From NCBI GenBank assembly GCA_964532425.1, contig CAZHIA010000004.1, positions 19,740 to 83,739 of the forward strand: a stretch of 64,000 bases of DNA, read 5' to 3'. A model generated the notes under the pieces. That model made no database searches, had not been told where the DNA came from, and saw only the letters and a list, made by a program, of their open reading frames with translations. Shown here one piece after another: positions 6,756 to 14,564 of the stretch. The DNA is from an uncultured Candidatus Saccharibacteria bacterium (GTDB lineage: Bacteria; Patescibacteriota; Doudnabacteria; UBA920). Numbering within the stretch: position 1 is the first letter of the stretch; every line of letters begins with the position of its first letter. Position numbers and translations under genes: made by a program.

Positions 6756-9080
6756 TTAAAACCTCGGGCGGAACGGTCTCGGATGATCATCATCTCCACC
6801 GCTGCGGTGCGGGCGGAACCCGCCGTGGCCATGGCCGTTGCTTCTGCCATTGCCACCGCGCGAGCCTCCCCTGCCCCCGAAGCTGCTATGTTCGGCAGCC
6901 GCTGCCTGTTGCTCCGGAGTCGGAGCCGCGGCGAACGGCTTGTGGGTCAGGTTAATGCGCCCCTGGTCATCAATCTCCACCACTTGAACCTTGAGCGGAT
7001 CGCCAACCTTGACTACATCCTCTACCCTGCCGACGCGGTAGTTAGCCAGCTGGGAAATGTGCACCAAGCCTTCCTTACCCGGTAGCACCTCCACGAACGC
7101 ACCGAAGTCCATGAGGCGGGTAACCTTGCCGTCGTACACTTCTCCCGGCTCGACTTCCTTAACGATGTTTTGGATCCACTCGGTCGCCTTCTTGGCCATC
7201 TCGGCATCGGTAGACGTGACCATGACCAAACCGCTATCCTCAATATCAATCTTCACACCCGGACAGTTGGCAATAATTTCGTTGATGGTCTTGCCGCCAC
7301 TGCCGATGACTTCGCGGATCTTGTCCGGCTTGATCATAAAGCTCGTGATGCGAGGTGCGTACGGAGAAAGATCCGGACGCGGTGCAGGCAGGGCTTCCTT
7401 CATTTTGCCGATAATGTGAATGCGCGCAGGCTTGGCCTGATGCAAAGCCTGTTCCAGAATATCAGCGCTCAGACCTTTCAGCTTCATATCAAGCTGCAAA
7501 GCGGTCACGCCTTCTTCGCTGCCGGTAACTTTAAAGTCCATGTGGCCGTTGAAATCTTCAATACCGGCAATATCTGTCAGCACTTTGAAGTTTTGAGGAT
7601 TAGACTCGTCCATTACCAATCCCATGGCGCAACCGCCGATAATATGCTTAATCGGCACACCAGCATCCATTAACGCCAAAGTCGATCCGCAGGTGGAAGC
7701 CATGGAGGTACTGCCGTTACTGGACATGATTTCAGAAACCAAGCGCATGGTGTACGGGAACTCTTCCTGCGGAGGCAGGACAACTTCCACGGCGCGCTCA
7801 GCCAAAGCACCATGGCCGATTTCGCGGCGGCCCGGACCCCGGACCGGAGCAACTTCGCCCACGCTGTAACCGGGCATGTTGTAGTGGTGGATATAGCGCT
7901 TGGCGCGTCCTTCATACGGATCTTCCATGCCGTCGAGCATCTGCTCGTCGCCCTTGCTGCCAAGCGTGACCGTGGTCAACGCCTGGGTCTCGCCACGGGT
8001 AAACAAGGCGCTGCCGTGCGTGCGCGGCAAAACCGCGACCTCGCACGTGATGGGGCGGGTCTCGGTCAGTTTACGTCCGTCAACGCGGCGTTCATGCTCC
8101 AGAATCTGCTTCTGCTGGTATTTCTTTAAGAGCTTGTCGATAACACTGTTAACCTCTTTGTCGATGTTGATCGGCTGCACAGCGTCCTGTACGGGACGGT
8201 CGCGACCGTCCCCTACGGGGGACAACGCCTCTTTGACCTGCGCCGTGATTTCCGTAATCAATTTATTGATATTGCTCTCGCGCTCTTCCTTGCTTTTTAC
8301 ATACACGGCGGTTTCGATCTTGTCGTCGGTGAGCAATTCTTTAATCTTGGCCATCAGCTGTTCGTTCGGCTTGACGATGATCGGCTCGGCTTTTTCCTTG
8401 CCGATTTGTTTGGCAAATTCAATCTGCGTTTCGACGAGTTTGCCTAAATGCGGCTGAGCAAACCGGATTGCTTCCACGATCTGCTCTTCGGGAATGATCT
8501 GTGCGCCCATTTCAACCATAATAATGTGCTCGCCCGTGCCGCACACGATCAGATCCATGTCGGACTTCTCCTGCTGCTCATGCGTCGGGTTCACCACATA
8601 CTGCCCGTCCACCTTGCCTACACGAACGCCAGCCACCGGGCCATCGTACGGGATGCGCGAAATCGCCAACGCCATAGACGCGGCATTGACCGCAACCATA
8701 TCAGGCTCGTTGACTCCGTCGATAGATAACACGGTGGAGATAATTTGTACGTCATTGCGCATGCCTTCCGGAAACATCGGCCGGAGGGTTCGGTCTATAA
8801 CGCGCCCTTTCAAAATGGCATCGTCCGTGGCGCGGCCTTCGCGCTTGACCCAGCGGCTGCCCTTGATTTTGCCGGCAGCGTATAAACGCTCCTCGTAGTC
8901 GACCAGCAGCGGGAAGAAATCTATGCCTTCACGGGCTTTGTCGGACATAACCGCCGTGGCCAGGACGACTGTATCGCCGAGACGGGCCATAACGGCACCG
9001 TCAGCCTGTCCTGCCAACTTTCCCGTTTCAAATATAAACTCGCCCTCCCCCACGTTGCAGGTAATCTTCTTACTTTCCAT
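6756..9080 (-). CDS. pnp: Polyribonucleotide nucleotidyltransferase (PNPase) with an unusual Gly/Arg-rich C-terminal tail
   Basis: Two RNase PH domains plus KH and S1 (GEVYDGKVTRLMDFGAFVEV). Start set to the ATG at 9080 (MESKKITCNVGEGEF...). The C-terminal tail is GGRGGSRGGNGRSNGHGHGGFRPHRSGG... Confidence 0.92.
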   Translation of the reverse strand: MESKKITCNVGEGEFIFETGKLAGQADGAVMARLGDTVVLATAVMSDKAREGIDFFPLLVDYEERLYAAGKIKGSRWVKREGRATDDAILKGRVIDRTLRPMFPEGMRNDVQIISTVLSIDGVNEPDMVAVNAASMALAISRIPYDGPVAGVRVGKVDGQYVVNPTHEQQEKSDMDLIVCGTGEHIIMVEMGAQIIPEEQIVEAIRFAQPHLGKLVETQIEFAKQIGKEKAEPIIVKPNEQLMAKIKELLTDDKIETAVYVKSKEERESNINKLITEITAQVKEALSPVGDGRDRPVQDAVQPINIDKEVNSVIDKLLKKYQQKQILEHERRVDGRKLTETRPITCEVAVLPRTHGSALFTRGETQALTTVTLGSKGDEQMLDGMEDPYEGRAKRYIHHYNMPGYSVGEVAPVRGPGRREIGHGALAERAVEVVLPPQEEFPYTMRLVSEIMSSNGSTSMASTCGSTLALMDAGVPIKHIIGGCAMGLVMDESNPQNFKVLTDIAGIEDFNGHMDFKVTGSEEGVTALQLDMKLKGLSADILEQALHQAKPARIHIIGKMKEALPAPRPDLSPYAPRITSFMIKPDKIREVIGSGGKTINEIIANCPGVKIDIEDSGLVMVTSTDAEMAKKATEWIQNIVKEVEPGEVYDGKVTRLMDFGAFVEVLPGKEGLVHISQLANYRVGRVEDVVKVGDPLKVQVVEIDDQGRINLTHKPFAAAPTPEQQAAAAEHSSFGGRGGSRGGNGRSNGHGHGGFRPHRSGGDDDHPRPFRPRF

Positions 9081-9216
9081 GAATTGTCCTTTCTTGCCCC
9101 GCCCTTTGCTCACAAAGAGCGGGGTGTGTTTCAGAGTGTTATGCGTGTTGACGAGGACTTTTTTTAAAAATCCTTCGCTATACCCGCACACCACCGCTGA
9201 AACATTAATAAATTAA

Positions 9217-9320
9217 TTGACAAAATTTAAAAAATTGAACAAAATTGACAAAATTATTCAAACCAGCCTGCAATTTATTTTTGTCAATTTTGTCATTTTT
9301 GTCATTTTTGTCAATATTAC
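9217..9320. promoter_or_regulatory. Iteron-like array: about 3 forward and about 4 reverse copies of TTGACAAAAT in the pnp upstream region
   Basis: AATTGACAAAATTT..AAAATTGACAAAATTA.. then TTTTGTCAATTTTGTCATTTTTGTCATTTTTGTCAA. Each unit contains a TTGACA (-35-like) hexamer. A similar TGTCA triplet array lies upstream of the xer gene (11965-11995). Confidence 0.5.
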
Positions 9321-9721
9321 TACTTCCTCATACTTCCCAGCATCTCTTCCTCAAAATGGAGCAGGAACTGGATCGGATCCGGGGTGCTGCCAAACAAGAT
9401 GTGGTCAACACTGCTGCGCTGGCCGCGGTCCTTCATGCTTTCCACGCCCTTCTCCTGAAACCAATCCTTCCATAATAGACTAAACTGCCGGTACCCCTCT
9501 GACCCCTCTTCGCCGAACCGCTCATAGATTATCTGGTATTTCGTCGTATCACAGATATTGATGAACTCGCTTTTTTCATCCAAAGTCAAATACCCATGCT
9601 TCTGCAAAGCATCTTTTAATTCCTGAATGCGTGGCGAGGTATACACAGCTTGGCAGATTTCCCTGCCAAGCTGTGTCCATTCGGCATCGAATTTTTCAAA
9701 ATCTAGAGATCTTTCAGTCAT
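9320..9721 (-). CDS. Hypothetical protein, 133 aa, inserted between rpsO and pnp
   Basis: ORF in track; no motif. Confidence 0.5.
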   Translation of the reverse strand: MTERSLDFEKFDAEWTQLGREICQAVYTSPRIQELKDALQKHGYLTLDEKSEFINICDTTKYQIIYERFGEEGSEGYRQFSLLWKDWFQEKGVESMKDRGQRSSVDHILFGSTPDPIQFLLHFEEEMLGSMRK

Positions 9722-9786
9722 GAATCAACTGGGGGTCAGTAAAAAATCTTTCTGATATTTCCTGAATATCGGATTCGTATGCGGAG

Positions 9787-10065
9787 CTATTTATTATCCG
9801 CTATTTTTATCTTCAATTTCTCAGCAATCTTTTCCCAGCGCTTCTGGTCTTCGTTCTTGAGGTAGCGAAGCAACCGGCGGCGATTACCGACCATTTTCAA
9901 CAAACCGCGGCGGGAATGGTTATCCTTACGGTGAACCTTCAGATGCTCGGAAACCTGTTCGATTTCCTTGGTCAGGATCGCGATTTGGACTTCCGGGCTG
10001 CCGGTATCGTCCTTATGGATCTGGTACTTCTTAATGAGAGCAAGCTTCTCTTTGTTCGAGAGCAT
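9787..10065 (-). CDS. rpsO: 30S ribosomal protein S15
   Basis: [16 protein letters not shown]...[18 protein letters not shown] is canonical S15. ATG at 10065 with an AAGGA RBS. Confidence 0.9.
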   Translation of the reverse strand: MLSNKEKLALIKKYQIHKDDTGSPEVQIAILTKEIEQVSEHLKVHRKDNHSRRGLLKMVGNRRRLLRYLKNEDQKRWEKIAEKLKIKIADNK

Positions 10066-10277
10066 GACTTTTTCCTTCTGCACGTCAATGGTAGCCCTGA
10101 AGCTTTATAGAACCACTGCGTGGATTAATTAAATCCCTGATAAACATCCACAGGATATTTATTCAAAGTAAAAATATTATACAGTATTTGAGAGATTGAT
10201 GCAAATTTTGCCACCCTGTCAAAGTAGTCTTCAGCCATGCGGCCTGGTGGCTAAAACCCTCCTTTAACGCCCCGTTC

Positions 10278-10306
10278 TTGACCCCATTCATCATCTTCCA
10301 TACACT
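10278..10306 (+). promoter_or_regulatory. Sigma70-type promoter for the 10376 gene
   Basis: TTGACC, 17-nt spacer, TACACT. Confidence 0.5.
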
Positions 10307-10375
10307 AGAGGGTCATTCCTGCTGTGCAAGATGACAAAAAACATCTGGAAAACCGTGTTTTCCTGAGGAGGATAT

Positions 10376-10777
10376 ATGAACACAATGTTGATCAAATTGG
10401 CTGAACTCACTTCGGCCCAGTACATCGCTTTGGTACGGTTCCTTGAAAGTGAGAAAAACAAACTCTCTCTTCCGGAATTTGCCAAGGAGCGATTCCGTTT
10501 TCAACAAGGCAGCAGCATCACCATCCCGTTCGCCGAGCTCGTAGGGGTGTCAACAAAACTGGACCAGGGTAAAATCCTGACCAACGTTGCCCTCAAGGCC
10601 GTGATCAACGCCAGGGCTGACAACTCGCCCCGCCGCACGAATCCCAACGCCGACTACGGAGCAGACCCAGATACTTCTTGTATTTCCGTATCGGGCCAAG
10701 ACAAGCTGAACGAAATGTTTGATGCTATGCAGCTCTACTTATCCGATGCTATACAGCTCTGCTCGGCACAGAGATGA
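10376..10777 (+). CDS. Hypothetical protein, 133 aa
   Basis: Strong GAGGAGG RBS 6 nt before the ATG; no family recognised. Confidence 0.55.
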   Translation: MNTMLIKLAELTSAQYIALVRFLESEKNKLSLPEFAKERFRFQQGSSITIPFAELVGVSTKLDQGKILTNVALKAVINARADNSPRRTNPNADYGADPDTSCISVSGQDKLNEMFDAMQLYLSDAIQLCSAQR

Positions 10778-10879
10778 AAAGACGGTCCATGGAGCATGCC
10801 TGATCACCGCAAGGTCCTGCTGGCAAACTGAACCTGCCCACCCCGGACGCACATCGCGCGTCCGGCTTTTATTTTGCTG

Positions 10880-11692
10880 TCAAAAGGCGCTTTTGGCACT
10901 GACAATGTATTGAATAAAATCCTTCGCTACATTATATCCCGTCAGTTGCTCGAAGGACTGAAATCCCGGCCAGCGGTTAATCTCCACTATATAAAACTTA
11001 CCGCCGGACTCTAAAATATCCACTTTAGCCAGCTCGCGACAGGTCGCCCGGGCTGCGGATTCCGCGATCTGTACCAGTTCCGGCAGCTCCGCGGAAGATA
11101 TCGTCTGGGCGGTAGCAAAATTCGGGCGCCCCGTCTTAGGGTGAGGCGCAAATCGCAGCACGACCGGCAGACTTTTGTATCCGACCGTGATGACTTTATA
11201 CTCAAATTCCACTGGCACATATTGTTGGACCAACAGTTCTGAAGTTGGGTGCTTGTGCATAGCTTTCTGCAGGCCTGCATCATCCTTTACAAGAAACACG
11301 TCCCGACCCTTCATCCCAAAATCCCATTTTACAACATAGGGATATTTTAGAGAGGTCTGTCCCAACCGGAAGGTTTGCGGGACCGGAAGTCCGGCTATCA
11401 AAGCTTTAACCAATGGCCCAAACTTATCATGGTCCACATCTCCATCTACCATGGTGGCATCTACAACTTTTTTCCCGGCTTTAACGAATTGCCGGGCCAG
11501 GGCAGTGGCCTCGTCCAGGTAAGGGTAAGGAAAACGGATATAGAGGGCTTCATAGTCTGCTACATCGATAGGTAATACGTCTTGTACCATTTGCCGCATA
11601 GATGCGGTCTTGGCGGATATTCCCAAAGCTGCCGTTTCCTCGATTAAACGCTTGGTGGAGTATACGCCCTGTGGAGAAATAAGAAGAATCAT
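10880..11692 (-). CDS. ATP-grasp family ligase (RimK / glutathione-synthetase-like)
   Basis: C-terminal FYIVEINRWPGFQ and upstream pre-ATP-grasp pattern typical of RimK-like ATP-grasp enzymes. Confidence 0.6.
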   Translation of the reverse strand: MILLISPQGVYSTKRLIEETAALGISAKTASMRQMVQDVLPIDVADYEALYIRFPYPYLDEATALARQFVKAGKKVVDATMVDGDVDHDKFGPLVKALIAGLPVPQTFRLGQTSLKYPYVVKWDFGMKGRDVFLVKDDAGLQKAMHKHPTSELLVQQYVPVEFEYKVITVGYKSLPVVLRFAPHPKTGRPNFATAQTISSAELPELVQIAESAARATCRELAKVDILESGGKFYIVEINRWPGFQSFEQLTGYNVAKDFIQYIVSAKSAF

Positions 11693-11838
11693 ACTTTACC
11701 CATGCACCAAAAATTATGATTTAGGATAACAATTGCTGGGGTGCCGGCTTTTAATGCTAAGCTTGTCAGTTATTCACAGTATTTGGTGCGCGGGTATACC
11801 AATTGTAGCGAAAATAGGCGTATAATACTAATTGAGAT

Positions 11839-11900
11839 GCGTTGTGCGACAACATATCGTCGTACAATATTATGCGGATGCGACATATGCGGCGCACAAC
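11839..11900. promoter_or_regulatory. Imperfect inverted repeat with internal direct repeats (TGCGACAACATAT / TGCGACATATG) upstream of the recombinase gene; possible recombination or regulatory site
   Basis: GCGTTGTGCGACAACATATCG ... CGACATATGCGGCGCACAAC; the arms GTTGTGCG / CGCACAAC pair. Confidence 0.3.
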
Positions 11901-12002
11901 AAAATCCATTTAAAAGATTGAGCATGATTTAAACGATTTAAAAGAATATGGACCCATGTTCTTTTAAATTTTGTCATTCATGTCAATCTTGTCAACAATA
12001 AT

Positions 12003-13043
12003 ATGCTTCGAAACAAAAACACCGCCAAACAACCACCATTGAGCGAAAATAAAAAAACCCGCCCCCTCACCCCATTACAGCGTTATATTATTGAATTTCT
12101 TGAATATTGTGAGATCGGCAAAAACCAAAGCCGGCGGACCGTGGCCAATTACCACCACTACCTGGGACGCTTTGACGGTTTTGCCGAAATGCAGGGCGTC
12201 CACAAGCCTGACCAGATCACCCTGGAATTGGTCCGGAAATACCGGCTCTATTTGAACCGTTTCGAAGAACGGGACGGCCAGCCTTTAAAGCTCATTACCC
12301 AAAACTACCATCTGATCGCGCTACGGGCATTTCTGAAATATCTGACGAAGCAGGATGTTCAAACTCTGGCTCCCGAAAAAATAGAGCTGCCAAAGAATCC
12401 TATGCGCCAAGTCGAATTCCTGGAAGAAGAAGAGCTCCAGCGGCTCATTGACGCCACGGACAAAGAACCGAGCGAATTGCTCCGGGTGCGCGATCGCGCG
12501 GTAATGGAAACGCTGTTCTCGACCGGTTTGCGCGTTTCCGAGCTGTGTAGCCTGCGCCGCGACAACATTAACTTGGACCGCGGCGAATTTACCGTGCGCG
12601 GCAAAGGTAGCAAGTTGAGGGTCGTTTTCTTGTCTGATGAGGCAACGGCTGCCATCAAACAGTACCTGGCTAAACGGCCGGATAACAACAAGGCCTTGTT
12701 CGTCGGTCATTCGACCATTGGCAACTCGATCGAGATGGAAATAGAATCCCAAGGGTTCAAGTCTGGCAAAAGCGAACCAGTAGCCGAAATACAGGGGCTC
12801 ACGCCGCGCAGCGTGCAGCGCATTATAAAAAAATACTGCCGGATTGCCGGCATTGTGAAAAAAGTTTCGCCGCACACGCTGCGGCATTCATTCGCGACCG
12901 ATCTCTTGCAAAACGGCGCGGATATCCGTTCGGTCCAGACCATGCTGGGACATGCCAGCATTACCACGACGCAAATTTATACGCATATTACCAACCAGGG
13001 ATTACGTGAGATACACAGGAAATTTCATAATAAAAAAGAATGA
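12003..13043 (+). CDS. Tyrosine site-specific recombinase, XerC/XerD family
   Basis: C-terminal catalytic region HTLRHSFATDLLQNGADIRSVQTMLGHASITTTQIYTH (R..H..R..Y pattern); N-terminal SAM-like core-binding domain. Confidence 0.85.
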   Translation: MLRNKNTAKQPPLSENKKTRPLTPLQRYIIEFLEYCEIGKNQSRRTVANYHHYLGRFDGFAEMQGVHKPDQITLELVRKYRLYLNRFEERDGQPLKLITQNYHLIALRAFLKYLTKQDVQTLAPEKIELPKNPMRQVEFLEEEELQRLIDATDKEPSELLRVRDRAVMETLFSTGLRVSELCSLRRDNINLDRGEFTVRGKGSKLRVVFLSDEATAAIKQYLAKRPDNNKALFVGHSTIGNSIEMEIESQGFKSGKSEPVAEIQGLTPRSVQRIIKKYCRIAGIVKKVSPHTLRHSFATDLLQNGADIRSVQTMLGHASITTTQIYTHITNQGLREIHRKFHNKKE

Positions 13044-13154
13044 GCATAAAATTTCAAATTCCAAATTTCAAATGTCAAATCAATTTCAAATTTGGAAATT
13101 CTGACATTAGGGTTTGATTTGAAATTTGTCATTTGATATTAGTCATTTACCTTA

Positions 13155-13184
13155 AAAGCCCCGTCGTTTCCGATCGGGGCTTTT
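13155..13184. terminator. Bidirectional intrinsic terminator
   Basis: AAAAGCCCCGTCGTTTCCGATCGGGGCTTTT. Confidence 0.75.
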
Positions 13185-13242
13185 AAGATGCACGTGCGTC
13201 AGTCATTTCCGCAATTTTAATAATCTTGTGCAAGGAGTTCGG

Positions 13243-13419
13243 CTAGATATACCAGCGAAGTTCGCTCATGCTTCGCATGGCTTCTTCCATGTCGACCTGA
13301 TACTCGCGCTCGGTCTCTTTTGTGTACTCGGTGAGCGGTGTCTGGCAATACGGGCAAACGCCTAGTTTTTCCCGGCTAAAGCCGCATCCGTCACACATGT
13401 ACATATGGAAGTTTTTCAT
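13243..13419 (-). CDS. Small zinc-ribbon protein (58 aa; CxxC..CxxC), absent from the ORF track
   Basis: MKNFHMYMCDGCGFSREKLGVCPYCQTPLTEY...; GGAGGTG RBS 7 nt upstream of the ATG; terminated by the 13155 terminator. Confidence 0.6.
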   Translation of the reverse strand: MKNFHMYMCDGCGFSREKLGVCPYCQTPLTEYTKETEREYQVDMEEAMRSMSELRWYI

Positions 13420-13726
13420 ATTTGATCACCTCCCTTATGGGAGCCGTCGTTTCCGGCGCCATACCGGAAGCACACGGCATTATTTGGTGATTACACGCTG
13501 GGTGTTTGCTGAAAACTCCTTTCGTTTTTTGTGTGATACCTGTGTCGTGTACAGGCCTTTCTACTTACGGTGTATTCCCGAAAAAATGTTCTGTCAAGAT
13601 CGTTTTTTTGCTAATAAAGTGGATAACTCAAATTCAACTTGTCTTTATACGATATTTTGAGCATGCGGTTTGTCTAAACGGTTTGGAATACGAATGAGAG
13701 AAATGATAACCGACTAGAACATGAAA

Positions 13727-13861
13727 CCTGAATCAAAAAACTAACCTGCTTATTTGAGTGTAGCGTGCCCATTTATGGGCCGAGAAGGCTTAAGTGGCCG
13801 ATAAATCGGCACGCTGCAAAACCTATGAAATCTCTAACATTTCCGAGTTTTTTGATTCAGG
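13727..13861. repeat. MITE-like element: 16-bp perfect terminal inverted repeats (CCTGAATCAAAAAACT / AGTTTTTTGATTCAGG) enclosing a family-A palindrome
   Basis: The core GTAGCGTGCCCATTTATGGGC..GGCCGATAAATCGGCACGCTGC (13760-13817) is nearly identical to the glyQS-leader repeat. Confidence 0.7.
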
Positions 13862-13966
13862 TCATGAACTATTGACAAAAGTATTTTGATGTGCTATAAT
13901 AATTGGATTTTCCTTAGATTTCTCAGTAATTTTCAGCAACTCAGCACATTACACAGGAGGTGTAAT

Positions 13967-14227
13967 ATGAACGGAAACGATAGCAGCACGCTCGAAGCCC
14001 GACCTACCCACCGGGAGGTCGTCGCCTTCTTTTGTCCGAAAGAGCCGGGGTACCGGTTCAGAACAAAAGAGGGTCTGGAATTTCAGGTAGAAAAAAAGCT
14101 GACACCGGCGGAAGCAAAGCAAGCCGACAGGCAGCTATATGATCAAATTGAGCGCAACTTCCGGAGCGTCGACATGTTATACTGGTTGGAATGCCAGCTG
14201 GTCAATCCCAACCAGAACCCTCAGTAA
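13967..14227 (+). CDS. Hypothetical protein, 86 aa
   Basis: AGGAGG RBS before the ATG at 13967; the track ORF from 13886 is an upstream extension. Confidence 0.5.
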   Translation: MNGNDSSTLEARPTHREVVAFFCPKEPGYRFRTKEGLEFQVEKKLTPAEAKQADRQLYDQIERNFRSVDMLYWLECQLVNPNQNPQ

Positions 14228-14324
14228 TGTCTGACGCGCGGCCTTCTTGGCGCGGCATCAACGATGCCGCGCCTTTCTCTTTTCATAACAGCCGATATTT
14301 GTTAGAATGTACATGGTCTCATAT

Positions 14325-14402
14325 GACCCCGTAGCTCAGTTGGATTAGAGCGAGAGCCTTCTAAGCTCTAGGTCGCAGGTTCGATCCCTGCCGGGGTCAC
14401 CA
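14325..14402 (+). tRNA. tRNA-Arg (anticodon TCT)
   Basis: Cloverleaf GACCCCG/CGGGGTC acceptor, anticodon loop CTTCTAA, T-loop TTCGATC, encoded CCA. Confidence 0.88.
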
Positions 14403-14530
14403 CGTACCAGTCGCGAACCGTTTAGGTTCGAGAATGGTACGTGCCGTGTACCCGAGTCAATTTATTGACGAGTGGTTCACGGCTTACATGGTTCGCTCCG
14501 GTACGTGGCGCAGCCATATCTCCGAATTTT

Positions 14531-14561
14531 AAATACCGCCACCGAAAGGTGGCGGTATTTT
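14531..14561. terminator. Bidirectional intrinsic terminator
   Basis: AAATACCGCCACCGAAAGGTGGCGGTATTTT. Confidence 0.75.
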
Positions 14562-14564
14562 CAT

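Noticed and set aside
9283-9320. Possible CRISPR array (tandem TTTTGTCAW repeats)
   Set aside because: Repeat units are only about 9 bp with no spacers. This is an iteron/promoter-like array, not CRISPR; no cas genes were seen.
9217-9483. Track ORFs 9217-9483 and 9245-9475 (+)
   Set aside because: They lie in the AT-rich repeat/promoter region and overlap the start of the minus-strand 9320-9721 gene. They are low-complexity translations (FVIFVIFVNI) and likely spurious.
12003-14402. Complete integrative element between the Xer-like recombinase and tRNA-Arg
   Set aside because: Cargo is minimal (a zinc-ribbon ORF, one small ORF, a MITE) and no clear tRNA 3'-end direct repeat was found. Only a weak remnant hypothesis is retained in the findings.
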